Shown here one piece after another: positions 1 to 9,900 of a stretch of DNA of 64,000 bases. A program made the position numbers and the translations under genes. This DNA comes from a virus (taxonomy: Duplodnaviria > Caudoviricetes). Where the stretch lies: IMG/VR virus record IMGVR_UViG_3300029288_005873, positions 288,001 to 352,000 of that record; one strand, given 5' to 3'. Under the pieces are notes generated by a model, which saw only the letters and a list, made by a program, of their open reading frames with translations, did not search any database and was not told the origin of the DNA. The number at the start of each line of letters is the position of its first letter. The stretch's first letter is position 1.

Positions 1-1030
1 CTTGTTCATCATCCAATGACATTAGATTCAAATAGTCAATCACAACCAATTGAGGCCTATCATCCTGATTGCTTTCACAGAGTTCCATAAATTTAGCTTC
101 AACATACCTCATTGTAGCACCACGAGGTATATCAACTATATGGAACTGATTATTGTATTTCTCTATAAATTCAAGAGCAGCAAAATATCGCGCTTCCTCT
201 TTATTATCTAAGGTTCCATCACGTATACCATAAAGGGGCACTCCAGCTATACATGAATGAAGACGTCTTTCAAGTTGGTCATAGGGCATCTCTATTGTAA
301 AATAAACTATTGACCTTCCCTTGTTGAAATCAATTTTTGACCCCGGATCTAGAGGAGGCTTATTTCCATTTAACCACGCATTAACAGCAGCATTCATCGA
401 TAATGTAGATTTTCCTGTTCCAGACTCACCACCTATTAGAAGAAGATCGCCATCTCCTAGACCATTTGTTATTCGGTCAAACTCTGCTAGACCTATTTTA
501 ACTCCAGGTGAACTACTTGGATCGCTTTTTACTCTACAATACTTTTCCTTGGCTTCAGTCACAGTTCCGGCTAAAGTGCCTTCTTTGTATGCGCTTACCT
601 TATAAAGTCTCTCTATCTGTGCCGTTGTATCACGAAACACCTTGTTAGCGTCTCCAAGATCGGAGAATTTACCTTCGCTCAAGTTTTTCTGAAATACATT
701 CTGACCAGCCTTTAGAAGGAGTTGATGATTAAATCTAGTCTTTATTTGTTCAAAATCAACCTGGAATTCACGTGGATCAACTTGCGCAACAAAACCAAGA
801 ACTTCAGCATATATTGCTGAAACTTGGTCCCATGCATCACCTGCAACATACTCAAGCATTCTTTCTGTTGGTATGTCCTTGTATTTGCCAAAACACCTAT
901 ACACAAGCTCCCAAAGAGCACGAAAATCTGGCTGGAGATACTCTCCATTCATTAATGACACCATGGACAAAAGTGTCTTCTTATCAGCCAGAGAATAGGC
1001 AAGAATGCGCAAATCCAAAATCCTATTCAT
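1..1030 (-). CDS. dnaB: DnaB-like replicative helicase (runs off the left edge; not in ORF track)
   Basis: Manual translation from ATG at 1030 (ATGA overlap with upstream stop): MNRILDLRILAY...GLAEFDRITNGLGDGDLLLIGGESGTGKSTLSMN (Walker A/H1)...VYFTIEM (H1a)...LVVIDYLNLM (H2). Open to position 1. Confidence 0.9.
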   Translation of the reverse strand, partial: MNRILDLRILAYSLADKKTLLSMVSLMNGEYLQPDFRALWELVYRCFGKYKDIPTERMLEYVAGDAWDQVSAIYAEVLGFVAQVDPREFQVDFEQIKTRFNHQLLLKAGQNVFQKNLSEGKFSDLGDANKVFRDTTAQIERLYKVSAYKEGTLAGTVTEAKEKYCRVKSDPSSSPGVKIGLAEFDRITNGLGDGDLLLIGGESGTGKSTLSMNAAVNAWLNGNKPPLDPGSKIDFNKGRSIVYFTIEMPYDQLERRLHSCIAGVPLYGIRDGTLDNKEEARYFAALEFIEKYNNQFHIVDIPRGATMRYVEAKFMELCESNQDDRPQLVVIDYLNLMSLDDEQ

Positions 1031-1707
1031 GCGTCTACCCCTTTGGTCTTCCTGGCATCCATGCCTCGTACTACCTTTTCAATAAAAAATTGTGATCTAA
1101 GAGACTTAAAAGACATTTCAAACTCACCAGAAAAGATCTTATCAAGTTCCCCAGCATTTGTACACATCACCATAGGCAATCTATTCTGTGTGCGCATTCT
1201 CAATATAGATTCAAATTGAGTACCATATAATATGCCCTTATTCACGGTGCCAAAAAAACGCTGATCGACCTCATCAAGAACCAAAAAATCCGTCATCTTC
1301 AACATGCGCTTATATTCATATGATTCTTCTGATACCATAACATCAACAGCGTCATTAAATGATGTATAGTGTGTTGAATAACCCTTCAAAATTGCCTTCT
1401 TGAGAATAGCACATGCTGCCATAGTTTTTCCAACTCCCCTATGACCGCAAAGACAAAGAACCTTTCCATCCGCATATACTTCTGGGATATTAGATATATA
1501 TTCATCAATCAGCCACTTACCAAACTCTTCATCTCCATACCATTGACTCATATCTCTAAACCAGTAATCTACTGGAATTCCTGCCGATGCCATCTGGTCT
1601 ACAAAAGAACAATACATCTGGCAACTGGGACAACTGGCTCCACCGCATTTTGCGCACTTATTTACAATACGCTTCTTTTCAGTTTCAATTTTGCGCTGTG
1701 GAATCAT
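1027..1707 (-). CDS. DnaC/IstB-like AAA+ ATPase, probable helicase loader
   Basis: N-terminal CxxC..CxxC, Walker A GHRGVGKT, Walker B FLVLDEVD, R..NRLP...TN motif; directly upstream of DnaB. Confidence 0.85.
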   Translation of the reverse strand: MIPQRKIETEKKRIVNKCAKCGGASCPSCQMYCSFVDQMASAGIPVDYWFRDMSQWYGDEEFGKWLIDEYISNIPEVYADGKVLCLCGHRGVGKTMAACAILKKAILKGYSTHYTSFNDAVDVMVSEESYEYKRMLKMTDFLVLDEVDQRFFGTVNKGILYGTQFESILRMRTQNRLPMVMCTNAGELDKIFSGEFEMSFKSLRSQFFIEKVVRGMDARKTKGVDA

Positions 1708-2099
1708 TTGCCTTCCTTATCAATACGTGGACGAAAAAGCGGCTTTACTTGTGAGGCTGTACCAAAACTATTATTGTGCCTATATCTGTCTTTTATATTA
1801 TCAATACGTATATTTTCAAGAATCTCATTATCTTGTGCTATTCCTGGAGTCTGTACCGAGTTTTCACTTTTATCACCTAATATTCTACAAATATCAGGAT
1901 CTGCGGACACAAGCTTTATGTACGATATATTATCATATGAGGCTGGAACCATAATCATAACCCCATCACTATCTCTTATCATAAACCAGTCTTTTCCGCC
2001 AATTTCGGCGGTTCCCTCCATTCTTCCATATACAACATTACAACTCCTAAGCCCTATCTCTACAGCCTCACTATTTGACATAATTTTTGCCAAATCCAT
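1704..2099 (-). CDS. hypothetical protein
   Basis: 131-aa ORF tightly packed between neighbours; no motif recognised. Confidence 0.7.
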   Translation of the reverse strand: MDLAKIMSNSEAVEIGLRSCNVVYGRMEGTAEIGGKDWFMIRDSDGVMIMVPASYDNISYIKLVSADPDICRILGDKSENSVQTPGIAQDNEILENIRIDNIKDRYRHNNSFGTASQVKPLFRPRIDKEGK

Positions 2100-2100
2100 A

Positions 2101-2832
2101 TTAATCCTCCAGCTTTACAAAACCTGGACCAGGTGGTAACATTCCTCGCCTAACAGCCTCTATTACAACTCTCCCCTCTGGCGTATCTTTTTGACTAGAT
2201 TTGACATATGCCACCATAAAATTGAGATCGTTCCATGTGTCAAATTCTTGATGCTCAAATACATCGGGCTCATTGGCTAAGCACCATTCTACAAATTCTG
2301 TTGGCAATGGTGTAGATCTGCGTAGGACCTTCGACCTAGTTTTGGCTAACATAAACTCAGCCACAAACTTCTGAGAAACAAAAAAACCTAGACTACTTAT
2401 AGCATAATCCTTTCCAGCCTTGAATAAAAGAGCCCATTTTATGTATGTTCTTGCCGCTTTGGCGTCTCCATCAAACATGGCAAGAAGACGCCTACCCATG
2501 ATAAAATCTTTGCTCTTATATGGATTAGGATTCGTGTAATCAAAACGAAAAGGATGACCATATAGTTCAGCATATTTGGCGCAAAAATATCCCACTAAAC
2601 ATGGAAGCTTATGTTTTGGATCTTCCCATTTTGAATTATCTTGCCATAGAAACCTATATTGGTTCCACCATAGTTCCCATTCGTTGCGCACATCGTTACC
2701 ACATTCCTGGCAAGAAAAAACGGGGTACTGGACCCCGTCTCCTAAAAAGACAACTTCTTTTGTGCGCCCACACGCACATATGTGTTTATTTAATCCTGCC
2801 TTTGACTTTCTTGACCTTTTTAAGTGATTCAC
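2101..2832 (-). CDS. hypothetical protein with N-terminal Zn-ribbon-like Cys pairs; possible replication accessory factor
   Basis: ORF track 2101..2925; GTG at 2832 preceded by AAGGGG is a likelier start; CAC...CQEC motif; sits between helicase and loader genes. Confidence 0.6.
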   Translation of the reverse strand: MNHLKRSRKSKAGLNKHICACGRTKEVVFLGDGVQYPVFSCQECGNDVRNEWELWWNQYRFLWQDNSKWEDPKHKLPCLVGYFCAKYAELYGHPFRFDYTNPNPYKSKDFIMGRRLLAMFDGDAKAARTYIKWALLFKAGKDYAISSLGFFVSQKFVAEFMLAKTRSKVLRRSTPLPTEFVEWCLANEPDVFEHQEFDTWNDLNFMVAYVKSSQKDTPEGRVVIEAVRRGMLPPGPGFVKLED

Positions 2833-4324
2833 GGTCAAACCCCTTTGGGAACTTAATCCTAAAGCTTGGCTCCGTCTCATAGACGGCAATACGTGTTGCT
2901 GAATGTTTGTCGAGGTATTTGGCATTATCTATAAAGTCCATTATTATGGCATCCGATTTTCCCTTATGTCCGCGAATCACGCGCCCAATGCGCTGAAGAA
3001 CACGTACAGTAGATTTTCCTCCGCCAGCAAGTATAAGAGCATCAAGGCTTGGTATGTCAACGCCTATATCAAATACAGATGACGCAACCAAACACTTAAG
3101 TTCCCCCTTCTCAAATTTTTCTTTTGCTTCTTGCCTCACGGTTCCATCAAGGCTGCCGTTGACAAAAAATACTGGCAAATCTCCGAGCATGTCGACAATT
3201 TTTTGTCCATGTGGTATGTAACGTACCAAAATCAAAACCTTTCTTCCCATTTCGACCAATTTTTTTGCCCCGTCGGAAATATATTTGTTCCTTATGTCAT
3301 TGTTTGTTATGTATTTACTATATACAGAATTCCAATTTGATGGACATGGTCCTGGAAGTGGTGGTACTTCCATGAGTGCTATTTTTGGAACTACAAGATA
3401 ACCTAGATCAATTAGTTTGGAGGCTGGCATGTTAAAAATACGTCTACCACAAGCTGCCTCTAGTAATAGATCTGCTCCATCATCACGCCAATCGGTACCT
3501 GTCATTCCAAACATATAACGGCATTTTTTACTTGCCTTAAATATTGCCTGAATCGTTTCACAAGCTAGGAAATGCGCCTCATCAAAAATAGCAAGGTTTG
3601 CTCCTTCGACAGCGGTCTGAATCGCGCGTTTATTTTTTGGTCCCATTGATACAACTTCTGGAGACCAATCTTCATCATCCAGAGAAACACTTGTTCTTAA
3701 TCCAAAAGCTGTTACAGCCGTCCAAACTGAACATACTGTAAATTTTCTAACGTCGCAATGTCCATCTCCTACAATTCCAACATTATCAATACCAAGAGTT
3801 TTTCCCATTTCCTTATGGAATTGATATAGAAGATCTTTTCCTACAACATAAATCATTGTTGGTACATTATATTCTGCTATTATCATTGCGGATGTAGCAG
3901 TCTTTCCTCCACCTGTTCCAATCCTTATTATTCCTCTACCCTCTCTAAGTGCGGCTTCAACAGCAGCTTTTTGATGAGGCCATGGTGTATATCCCGAAAG
4001 ATCAAATCTGCCTCCGGATACTATTTCTGTACGTTGGTCACAAACCTCATATTCTACTTTGTTTTTATCAAAAAACTCTAAAACTCTGGATAGAAAACCT
4101 GTGGGGAAAACCATTTTGCTACTAAGAAGATGTCGTTTACCATCCCATGTTTTCCATTGTTCAGTCTTTTTGTCATACCAGCCCTGTCTAAAGGCTTTCA
4201 TGTACTGGTATCCCTCGACAAAATATGACAATTGCCTATCGATGGCATCGACAAGAGAAATGTCCGTTTCCGCCAATCCGCTAATTCTACACCAGACATT
4301 GCTGACAAAAATTTTCACTGGCAC
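2786..4324 (-). CDS. Superfamily 2 DNA helicase (UvsW/XPB-like)
   Basis: GTGGGKT, DEAH, TGT, FDIGVDIPSL and QRIGRVIR motifs. Confidence 0.9.
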   Translation of the reverse strand: MPVKIFVSNVWCRISGLAETDISLVDAIDRQLSYFVEGYQYMKAFRQGWYDKKTEQWKTWDGKRHLLSSKMVFPTGFLSRVLEFFDKNKVEYEVCDQRTEIVSGGRFDLSGYTPWPHQKAAVEAALREGRGIIRIGTGGGKTATSAMIIAEYNVPTMIYVVGKDLLYQFHKEMGKTLGIDNVGIVGDGHCDVRKFTVCSVWTAVTAFGLRTSVSLDDEDWSPEVVSMGPKNKRAIQTAVEGANLAIFDEAHFLACETIQAIFKASKKCRYMFGMTGTDWRDDGADLLLEAACGRRIFNMPASKLIDLGYLVVPKIALMEVPPLPGPCPSNWNSVYSKYITNNDIRNKYISDGAKKLVEMGRKVLILVRYIPHGQKIVDMLGDLPVFFVNGSLDGTVRQEAKEKFEKGELKCLVASSVFDIGVDIPSLDALILAGGGKSTVRVLQRIGRVIRGHKGKSDAIIMDFIDNAKYLDKHSATRIAVYETEPSFRIKFPKGFDRESLKKVKKVKGRIK

Positions 4325-4332
4325 ATAGACTC

Positions 4333-5709
4333 CTATCGTCTCCTACGATCTATAATTTCGGGACGTTTATTTGCATTTGTGGTCAATTTTCCAAATCCGC
4401 TTTTGTTTTGCTGAATAAGACGTCTAATCTCCTGAGCTTTTGCGGAGGTTTCATTTCCAGCGCCGTAATCCACATTCATCCTAGAGGCTCTGGTCTTTTC
4501 TTTTTCTCGTATTTGCTTCATCTGCTCTTCAGCCTCTTGCTTAAGCATTTCTATTCTTGCAGCTGGAAGACCTAGACCGCTAAACATCATATATACTCTT
4601 ATACTATCATCACCAATGTCTGGTATTTCATAAACACCACGTGTTAATTGAGCATAATCACATAATTCACTAATCATATGTGAGGCATAATGTATATTTT
4701 CTGCGGGAAGATTTGACATGGCGGCGTGACTACCAACAACAAGAAGACCGCCGAACCTTGCTTCCTTCAAATTAAAATCACTCGATAGAAGGCTTTTCTC
4801 TAACTGTTCAACAACAGCTTCTGCTATTGCTGTTGTTTCCATGTAATTCTCAACTTCCATCATTCCATAGATCAAACAATCCCCTGCTGCAAAGATTCTT
4901 CCAAAATCCATAGAATCTAAACTATCATAGGGAGTAGCCATGGCTGATAGGCTGTTGAAAAGATGAAGAGGCTCAACAATCGCTCTATTTGCCGCAGGCC
5001 AAAATTCAGCCTTGCTGAGTCCAGGATAAAGAAGTTCGATTTTTGCATTATCAACAACAATCAGGGTCGCAATCACATCAGAACTTGCCATTTTTGCTAA
5101 CTTGCCCAAAGTTGTCACGGCGTTATGTTTACTCAATGAATCTTCGGTCTCCATGGGTAGTACATAAATTACTCCAACAGGCTTTCCTAAAGATCCAATA
5201 AGTCCCAAAATTGCTTCGGCGCCTCCACTTCCAGTTCCACCCCCTCCACTTACGGCTAAAAGAATCATTTCATTCTTGTCTCCAAACGTTCCTTGGAGTT
5301 TATTCATTATGATTTCGGCATTCTGTTCAACAGCCTGTCTGCCATTATCTAGTTCTTTTCCAGCTCCTCCAAGAGCAAATGGAAGAAAAAGTTTCTTTTC
5401 CTCCGGCATACCAATAAATTCAAGGTCCTGTGTTGCTGTATTCATTACACAAGCATCATATCCAAGACTATAGAATGTCTCAGCTATTCTTGAACCAGCT
5501 TGACCTAAACCAATAACTCCAAAATTCAAACTTCTATCTCTGGATACCTGATTGGTAGTTTTAGATTGAATTTTAGAACGAAGACCATCTATAATCTTTG
5601 GGTCTAACTCTGGAATAGATTGTAGCTGGTGCTCCAACTCCTCATCATCAATGTCTCCTGGGGTTGTTACATTTTCGTTCACAAAAATACGGTTTTTTTC
5701 ATCAGTCAT
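4333..5709 (-). CDS. Tubulin/FtsZ-superfamily GTPase (TubZ/CetZ/PhuZ-like)
   Basis: GLGQAGSRIA (T1), NTA..DL, GGAGKE, GGGGTGSGG signature, VVDN, LDSMD T7-like loop; likely start MTDEK at 5709 after GGAG. Confidence 0.9.
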   Translation of the reverse strand: MTDEKNRIFVNENVTTPGDIDDEELEHQLQSIPELDPKIIDGLRSKIQSKTTNQVSRDRSLNFGVIGLGQAGSRIAETFYSLGYDACVMNTATQDLEFIGMPEEKKLFLPFALGGAGKELDNGRQAVEQNAEIIMNKLQGTFGDKNEMILLAVSGGGGTGSGGAEAILGLIGSLGKPVGVIYVLPMETEDSLSKHNAVTTLGKLAKMASSDVIATLIVVDNAKIELLYPGLSKAEFWPAANRAIVEPLHLFNSLSAMATPYDSLDSMDFGRIFAAGDCLIYGMMEVENYMETTAIAEAVVEQLEKSLLSSDFNLKEARFGGLLVVGSHAAMSNLPAENIHYASHMISELCDYAQLTRGVYEIPDIGDDSIRVYMMFSGLGLPAARIEMLKQEAEEQMKQIREKEKTRASRMNVDYGAGNETSAKAQEIRRLIQQNKSGFGKLTTNANKRPEIIDRRRR

Positions 5710-5710
5710 T

Positions 5711-6616
5711 TCAATGATCTCCAAATTCGCCCTTGACATTTTCGTTTTGACCGGATATTTTTTCATCACCATGCCAAAGGGGGGATGAAACTGATCTTTC
5801 AAATACCCATTTATTCATCATATGCCACTTGGTAGTCTTCCTTACAACATCTATGGCATCATTTGAATCTGTACACCATCCTACAACATCTGTATTCTCT
5901 GTTCCTGTTAGCTGAGATAATAAAAGCATATCCATAGGACTAGCATTGAAAAGAGCCGGCATCTTTATTATATTATTACAGTCATTTTCTGCCATAAACC
6001 AAATCATAGAAGCTACATCATCAGCATAAGCATATCTTCTTTTTTCACAGCTCGGAGACCATCCATCTTCCATTTTACCTACAGCTATTCTCCTCAAAGC
6101 ATCCTCAAACCACCCATTGCCTCTGTTTCCAAAACAGGTTGGAAGTCTTAGGATTTTGCCTCCGGATTCGACTACCATAGATTCGACAAAATTCCACATC
6201 TTTCTATTCCCCATATCTGGAACATCTGTATCGGGAACGAGCCGTATGACTTTTGGTCTCTTTTGTAGATTGGAAAAACCTTTTGACGCATATCGACACG
6301 CTATTGATGTTGGAAGAACTATTTCATTAATTCCATCAGTAGATTCTGGAATTTTTGAAATAGGGGGAACAGACATCATTGTTCCTATTACTAAAATATC
6401 AGGTTTTTCCATCCATATCATGCGATCCATAAATTCAGCATCACCAGCATCACCAATGTGGAAAGAATGTTTTCTGTGCTGATATACTTTGCGAAAATCA
6501 AAGTTTTTAAGACAATCTACACTTGCGAACTCATAATCCTTTGTCCTATATAACATATAGCGCATAAGATTGGACATTAGAAATCCAGCCGAGCCGCAAA
6601 CAAGAATTTTTCTCAT
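5711..6616 (-). CDS. Divergent NAD-dependent epimerase/dehydratase-like (extended SDR) protein
   Basis: ILVCGSAGFLMSN Rossmann start resembling RmlB, R...FG and YAYADDVA later; canonical YxxxK not evident; ATGA overlap start at 6616. Confidence 0.65.
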   Translation of the reverse strand: MRKILVCGSAGFLMSNLMRYMLYRTKDYEFASVDCLKNFDFRKVYQHRKHSFHIGDAGDAEFMDRMIWMEKPDILVIGTMMSVPPISKIPESTDGINEIVLPTSIACRYASKGFSNLQKRPKVIRLVPDTDVPDMGNRKMWNFVESMVVESGGKILRLPTCFGNRGNGWFEDALRRIAVGKMEDGWSPSCEKRRYAYADDVASMIWFMAENDCNNIIKMPALFNASPMDMLLLSQLTGTENTDVVGWCTDSNDAIDVVRKTTKWHMMNKWVFERSVSSPLWHGDEKISGQNENVKGEFGDH

Positions 6617-7392
6617 TTCTTCCCCCACAAAAAATGTCCATCACATTCCCCAAGTTGGAAAGGGGGTCTGTCATTTGTAACCTTCTGTCCAGTACCACGT
6701 CGATCAAGAGAAGATTGTAGTGCTATTTTTGCATTCAAGTCTTGTTCAGGTCTTGCGGCTCTAGATACTTGTCCGGGATGTTGACGGTAATGATATGTTA
6801 TCTTCCCTTCTAGACGTCCCATTCTCCCAGGAAATTTTTCATCAAGACGTAATGCTAAATCGTAATCAACTGCCGATGATAATGTATTGGAATAACCCTC
6901 AAACGATGAAAACCTATAAAATCTAAGTGGAAAAAAGCACATGTATTTAAGAAGCTTGGATCTATCAAATCCCCTATCAGACATTACATGTGGCATAATC
7001 CATGTTTTTCCAGAGTCATCAAAACAATCAAATGTTCCACAAGCAGCAACTAATTCAGGATTCTTTTGCATAAATTCGAGATAAGATGAAAGACAATCTC
7101 CTGGTATTATATCATCTCCACCAACATGACAGATAAAATCCGGATCCTGTAGAATTGAAATTGCCTCATTTTTTAATTTACCTATGAGTCCACATCTTTC
7201 ATTTTTACGTATTACAATACATCGACTATCGGATGCTTTTTTTGCAGTATCAAACGTATCATCATCAGAGGCATCATCAATAACAACTAAGTGCCAATTC
7301 TGAAAATCCTGAGCAATTAGGCTGTCTATTGCCTCACCTACATATTTTGATACATTATGGCAAGGCATATATATTCCTACAGACTTTTTCAT
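6613..7392 (-). CDS. GT2-family glycosyltransferase
   Basis: IYMPCHN...AIDSLIAQ...VVIDDASDD, GGDD, VDYDLALRL, YRQH. Confidence 0.9.
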   Translation of the reverse strand: MKKSVGIYMPCHNVSKYVGEAIDSLIAQDFQNWHLVVIDDASDDDTFDTAKKASDSRCIVIRKNERCGLIGKLKNEAISILQDPDFICHVGGDDIIPGDCLSSYLEFMQKNPELVAACGTFDCFDDSGKTWIMPHVMSDRGFDRSKLLKYMCFFPLRFYRFSSFEGYSNTLSSAVDYDLALRLDEKFPGRMGRLEGKITYHYRQHPGQVSRAARPEQDLNAKIALQSSLDRRGTGQKVTNDRPPFQLGECDGHFLWGKK

Positions 7393-8378
7393 TATTCGAC
7401 CTTTGGAAGCTTTCCTTCCACTCCAAGAAGCTTACAGTCATGATTGACCATTATTTTAACAAGCTCATCAAACTTTACTTTGGGTTCCCATCCAAGTATA
7501 GATTTTGCTTTTGATGGGTCTCCACATAAACTCTCTACTTCAAGAGGGCGCATCATGAATCTATCAATCTCAACATATGTTCCCCAATCCTGTATTCCAG
7601 CATATGAGAAAGCTCTTTCAACAAATTCTCCCACAGTATGCATTTCTCCAGTTGCAAAAACGAAATCTTCAGGCTTTGGTCTTTGAAGCATAAGCCAGAA
7701 TCCTTTGACGAAGTCAGGAGCATAACCCCAATCCCTAGCCGCATCCAAGTTGCCAAGCCTAATCCTATGTGAAGGATCTTTAAGTATTTTTGCTACACCC
7801 ATTGATATTTTTCTTGTAACAAACAACGGACCACGCCTAGGTCCTTCATGATTATGAGTTATCCCAGCACAACAATACATTCCATATGCTTCACGATACA
7901 TCCTTACAAACCAATGAGCAGCCAATTTTGCAATAGCATACGGACTACGAGGTCTCATTATTGTATCTTCATTCTGAGGAGGAGGAGAATCTCCCCACAA
8001 TTCAGATGTACTAGCATGAAACAACCTAATAGAAGGAGCTAGTATTTTTATTGCTTCTAGAATATTCAGTACTCCTACCGCATCTATATTCATTGTAGCA
8101 ATCGGCTGATCAAAACTGGTACCAACATGAGACTGAGCACAGAGATTGAATATCTCATTTGGACGTCCACGTTGAATGATTCTGAAAACCGATGCTGAAT
8201 CAGTAATATCACCTTCTTCTATATCAATTTCTGACTCAAGGTGTGCGGCATTTCCAAGACTTCTTGTAGCATTTCTTCGAATCATGCCAATAACTCTATA
8301 ATCTTTCTCAAGAAGCAATTCAGCCATGTGTGAACCATCTTGTCCTGCTACGCCTGTTACTAAAGCAACTTTTTTCAC
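7392..8378 (-). CDS. gmd: GDP-mannose 4,6-dehydratase
   Basis: ALVTGVAGQDGSHMAELLL, AQSHV, ASTSEL, PRSPYAIAK, NHEGPRRG..FVTRKI, GNLDAARDWGYA. Confidence 0.95.
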   Translation of the reverse strand: MKKVALVTGVAGQDGSHMAELLLEKDYRVIGMIRRNATRSLGNAAHLESEIDIEEGDITDSASVFRIIQRGRPNEIFNLCAQSHVGTSFDQPIATMNIDAVGVLNILEAIKILAPSIRLFHASTSELWGDSPPPQNEDTIMRPRSPYAIAKLAAHWFVRMYREAYGMYCCAGITHNHEGPRRGPLFVTRKISMGVAKILKDPSHRIRLGNLDAARDWGYAPDFVKGFWLMLQRPKPEDFVFATGEMHTVGEFVERAFSYAGIQDWGTYVEIDRFMMRPLEVESLCGDPSKAKSILGWEPKVKFDELVKIMVNHDCKLLGVEGKLPKVE

Positions 8379-9322
8379 TGATTTTCCTCCTTGTTTAGGA
8401 CATCAGCTTTATTCTTAAGCCACCACTCATATGTTTCAATCAATCCTTCTTGGAAAAAGGTTTTTGCCTCGAATCCAAACAGTTCTTTTGCTCGCCTAGT
8501 ATCTAAACATCTACGAGGTTGACCATCAGGTTTGAAAACATCCCATTCAATATTTCCATCAAAACCAACAGTATCTTTGATTTTTTCAGCAAGTTTTCGA
8601 ATAGTGTATTCTCGACCATTTCCCAAGTTTACCGGTTCAGAACCATCGTATCGTTCCAAAGCATCGACAATTCCACAAGCCGCATCTTTTACGTAGAGAA
8701 ACTCTCTAGAAGCCTTTCCAGTACCCCAAAGCTTGACAGAGGCTTTCCCTTCTTCTTTGGCTGTATCAAACTTTCTTATCATTGCTGGAATAACATGCGA
8801 ATCTTCCAGAGAGAAATTATCTCCAGGTCCATATAGATTTACAGGAAGTAAATATATACCATTAAATCCATACTGTTGACGGTATGCCTGAAGCATTACT
8901 AAAAGAGCTTTTTTTGCAATTCCATATGCGCCATTGGTTGGTTCAGGATATCCATTCCAAAGATCCTTTTCCATAAAAGGTACAGGAGTATTCTCAGGAT
9001 ATGCGCAAATTGTACCAACACATACGAATTTTTTTATACAACATGTTCTCGCTACATCTATGGTATTTATTCCCATTAACATATTATCTCTAAAGAATTC
9101 TCCAGGGCGCCTCATATTAGCCCCAATTCCACCACATTTTGCAGCAAGATGAATAACAGCATCAGGATGCATAACTCTCATAAATGCATTAATAGTATCA
9201 TATATGTCAGTCAAGTCATATCCAGATTGATCAATCACATCAACAATATGACCTCTATTCTTAAGAACTTCGACAACATGCTTTCCAAGAAAGCCGTTTC
9301 CTCCAGTTACAAGTACATTCAT
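8375..9322 (-). CDS. fcl: GDP-L-fucose synthase (epimerase/reductase)
   Basis: HLAAKCGGIGAN, GTICAYP, YGIAKK, NLYGPGDNF..SHVIPA, WGTGKASREFLYV, KPDGQPRR. Confidence 0.93.
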   Translation of the reverse strand: MNVLVTGGNGFLGKHVVEVLKNRGHIVDVIDQSGYDLTDIYDTINAFMRVMHPDAVIHLAAKCGGIGANMRRPGEFFRDNMLMGINTIDVARTCCIKKFVCVGTICAYPENTPVPFMEKDLWNGYPEPTNGAYGIAKKALLVMLQAYRQQYGFNGIYLLPVNLYGPGDNFSLEDSHVIPAMIRKFDTAKEEGKASVKLWGTGKASREFLYVKDAACGIVDALERYDGSEPVNLGNGREYTIRKLAEKIKDTVGFDGNIEWDVFKPDGQPRRCLDTRRAKELFGFEAKTFFQEGLIETYEWWLKNKADVLNKEENQ

Positions 9323-9900
9323 TATTTTTCCTTTATTGCTTCAATATGTACAACTGGGTAGAAATTAATACTAGGTAAATCTCTAAAACTAGAGAAACCA
9401 TTTTTTGATAAAAGCGCTTTCAATGTCCTAGGTGTATATCCACAGAAATGATGTGACCATTTGTTTTTCTGCGTTCCATGTATCAATCGAATAGCCCAAT
9501 CCTCTTCCTCTTCTGTATTAGAATTTGCTAGAAGTTTTGCGGTTTCCTTTATGTCGGGAACACTAACTAAAAATTTACCACCGATCGAAAGTACGCGGAA
9601 TATATCAGAAACAATACGATCTACATCATATTTAGGCATATGCTCAAGAACCTGATACATAACAACTTCATCAACAGAACCATCTGAAAAAGGAAGAGGC
9701 TCCTCCATATTATGATCTAGGTCAGAAACAACACAATCATTTAATAATACACCAAAACCTCTTTTATAATAATGCTCATAATCAGTTGAGTTTCTTACCA
9801 TAATCTCAGTAGGACAGTTATATGACATATATTGCGGATCAGTATCTATATTAACATATCCAATAAGATATACCGGTCCACACCCAATATGAAGCTTCAT
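9322..9900 (-). CDS. Class I SAM-dependent methyltransferase
   Basis: LHIGCG...GYVNID, LPFSDGSVD, VLEH, RVL..GG...VSVPD. Confidence 0.85.
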   Translation of the reverse strand: MKLHIGCGPVYLIGYVNIDTDPQYMSYNCPTEIMVRNSTDYEHYYKRGFGVLLNDCVVSDLDHNMEEPLPFSDGSVDEVVMYQVLEHMPKYDVDRIVSDIFRVLSIGGKFLVSVPDIKETAKLLANSNTEEEEDWAIRLIHGTQKNKWSHHFCGYTPRTLKALLSKNGFSSFRDLPSINFYPVVHIEAIKEK

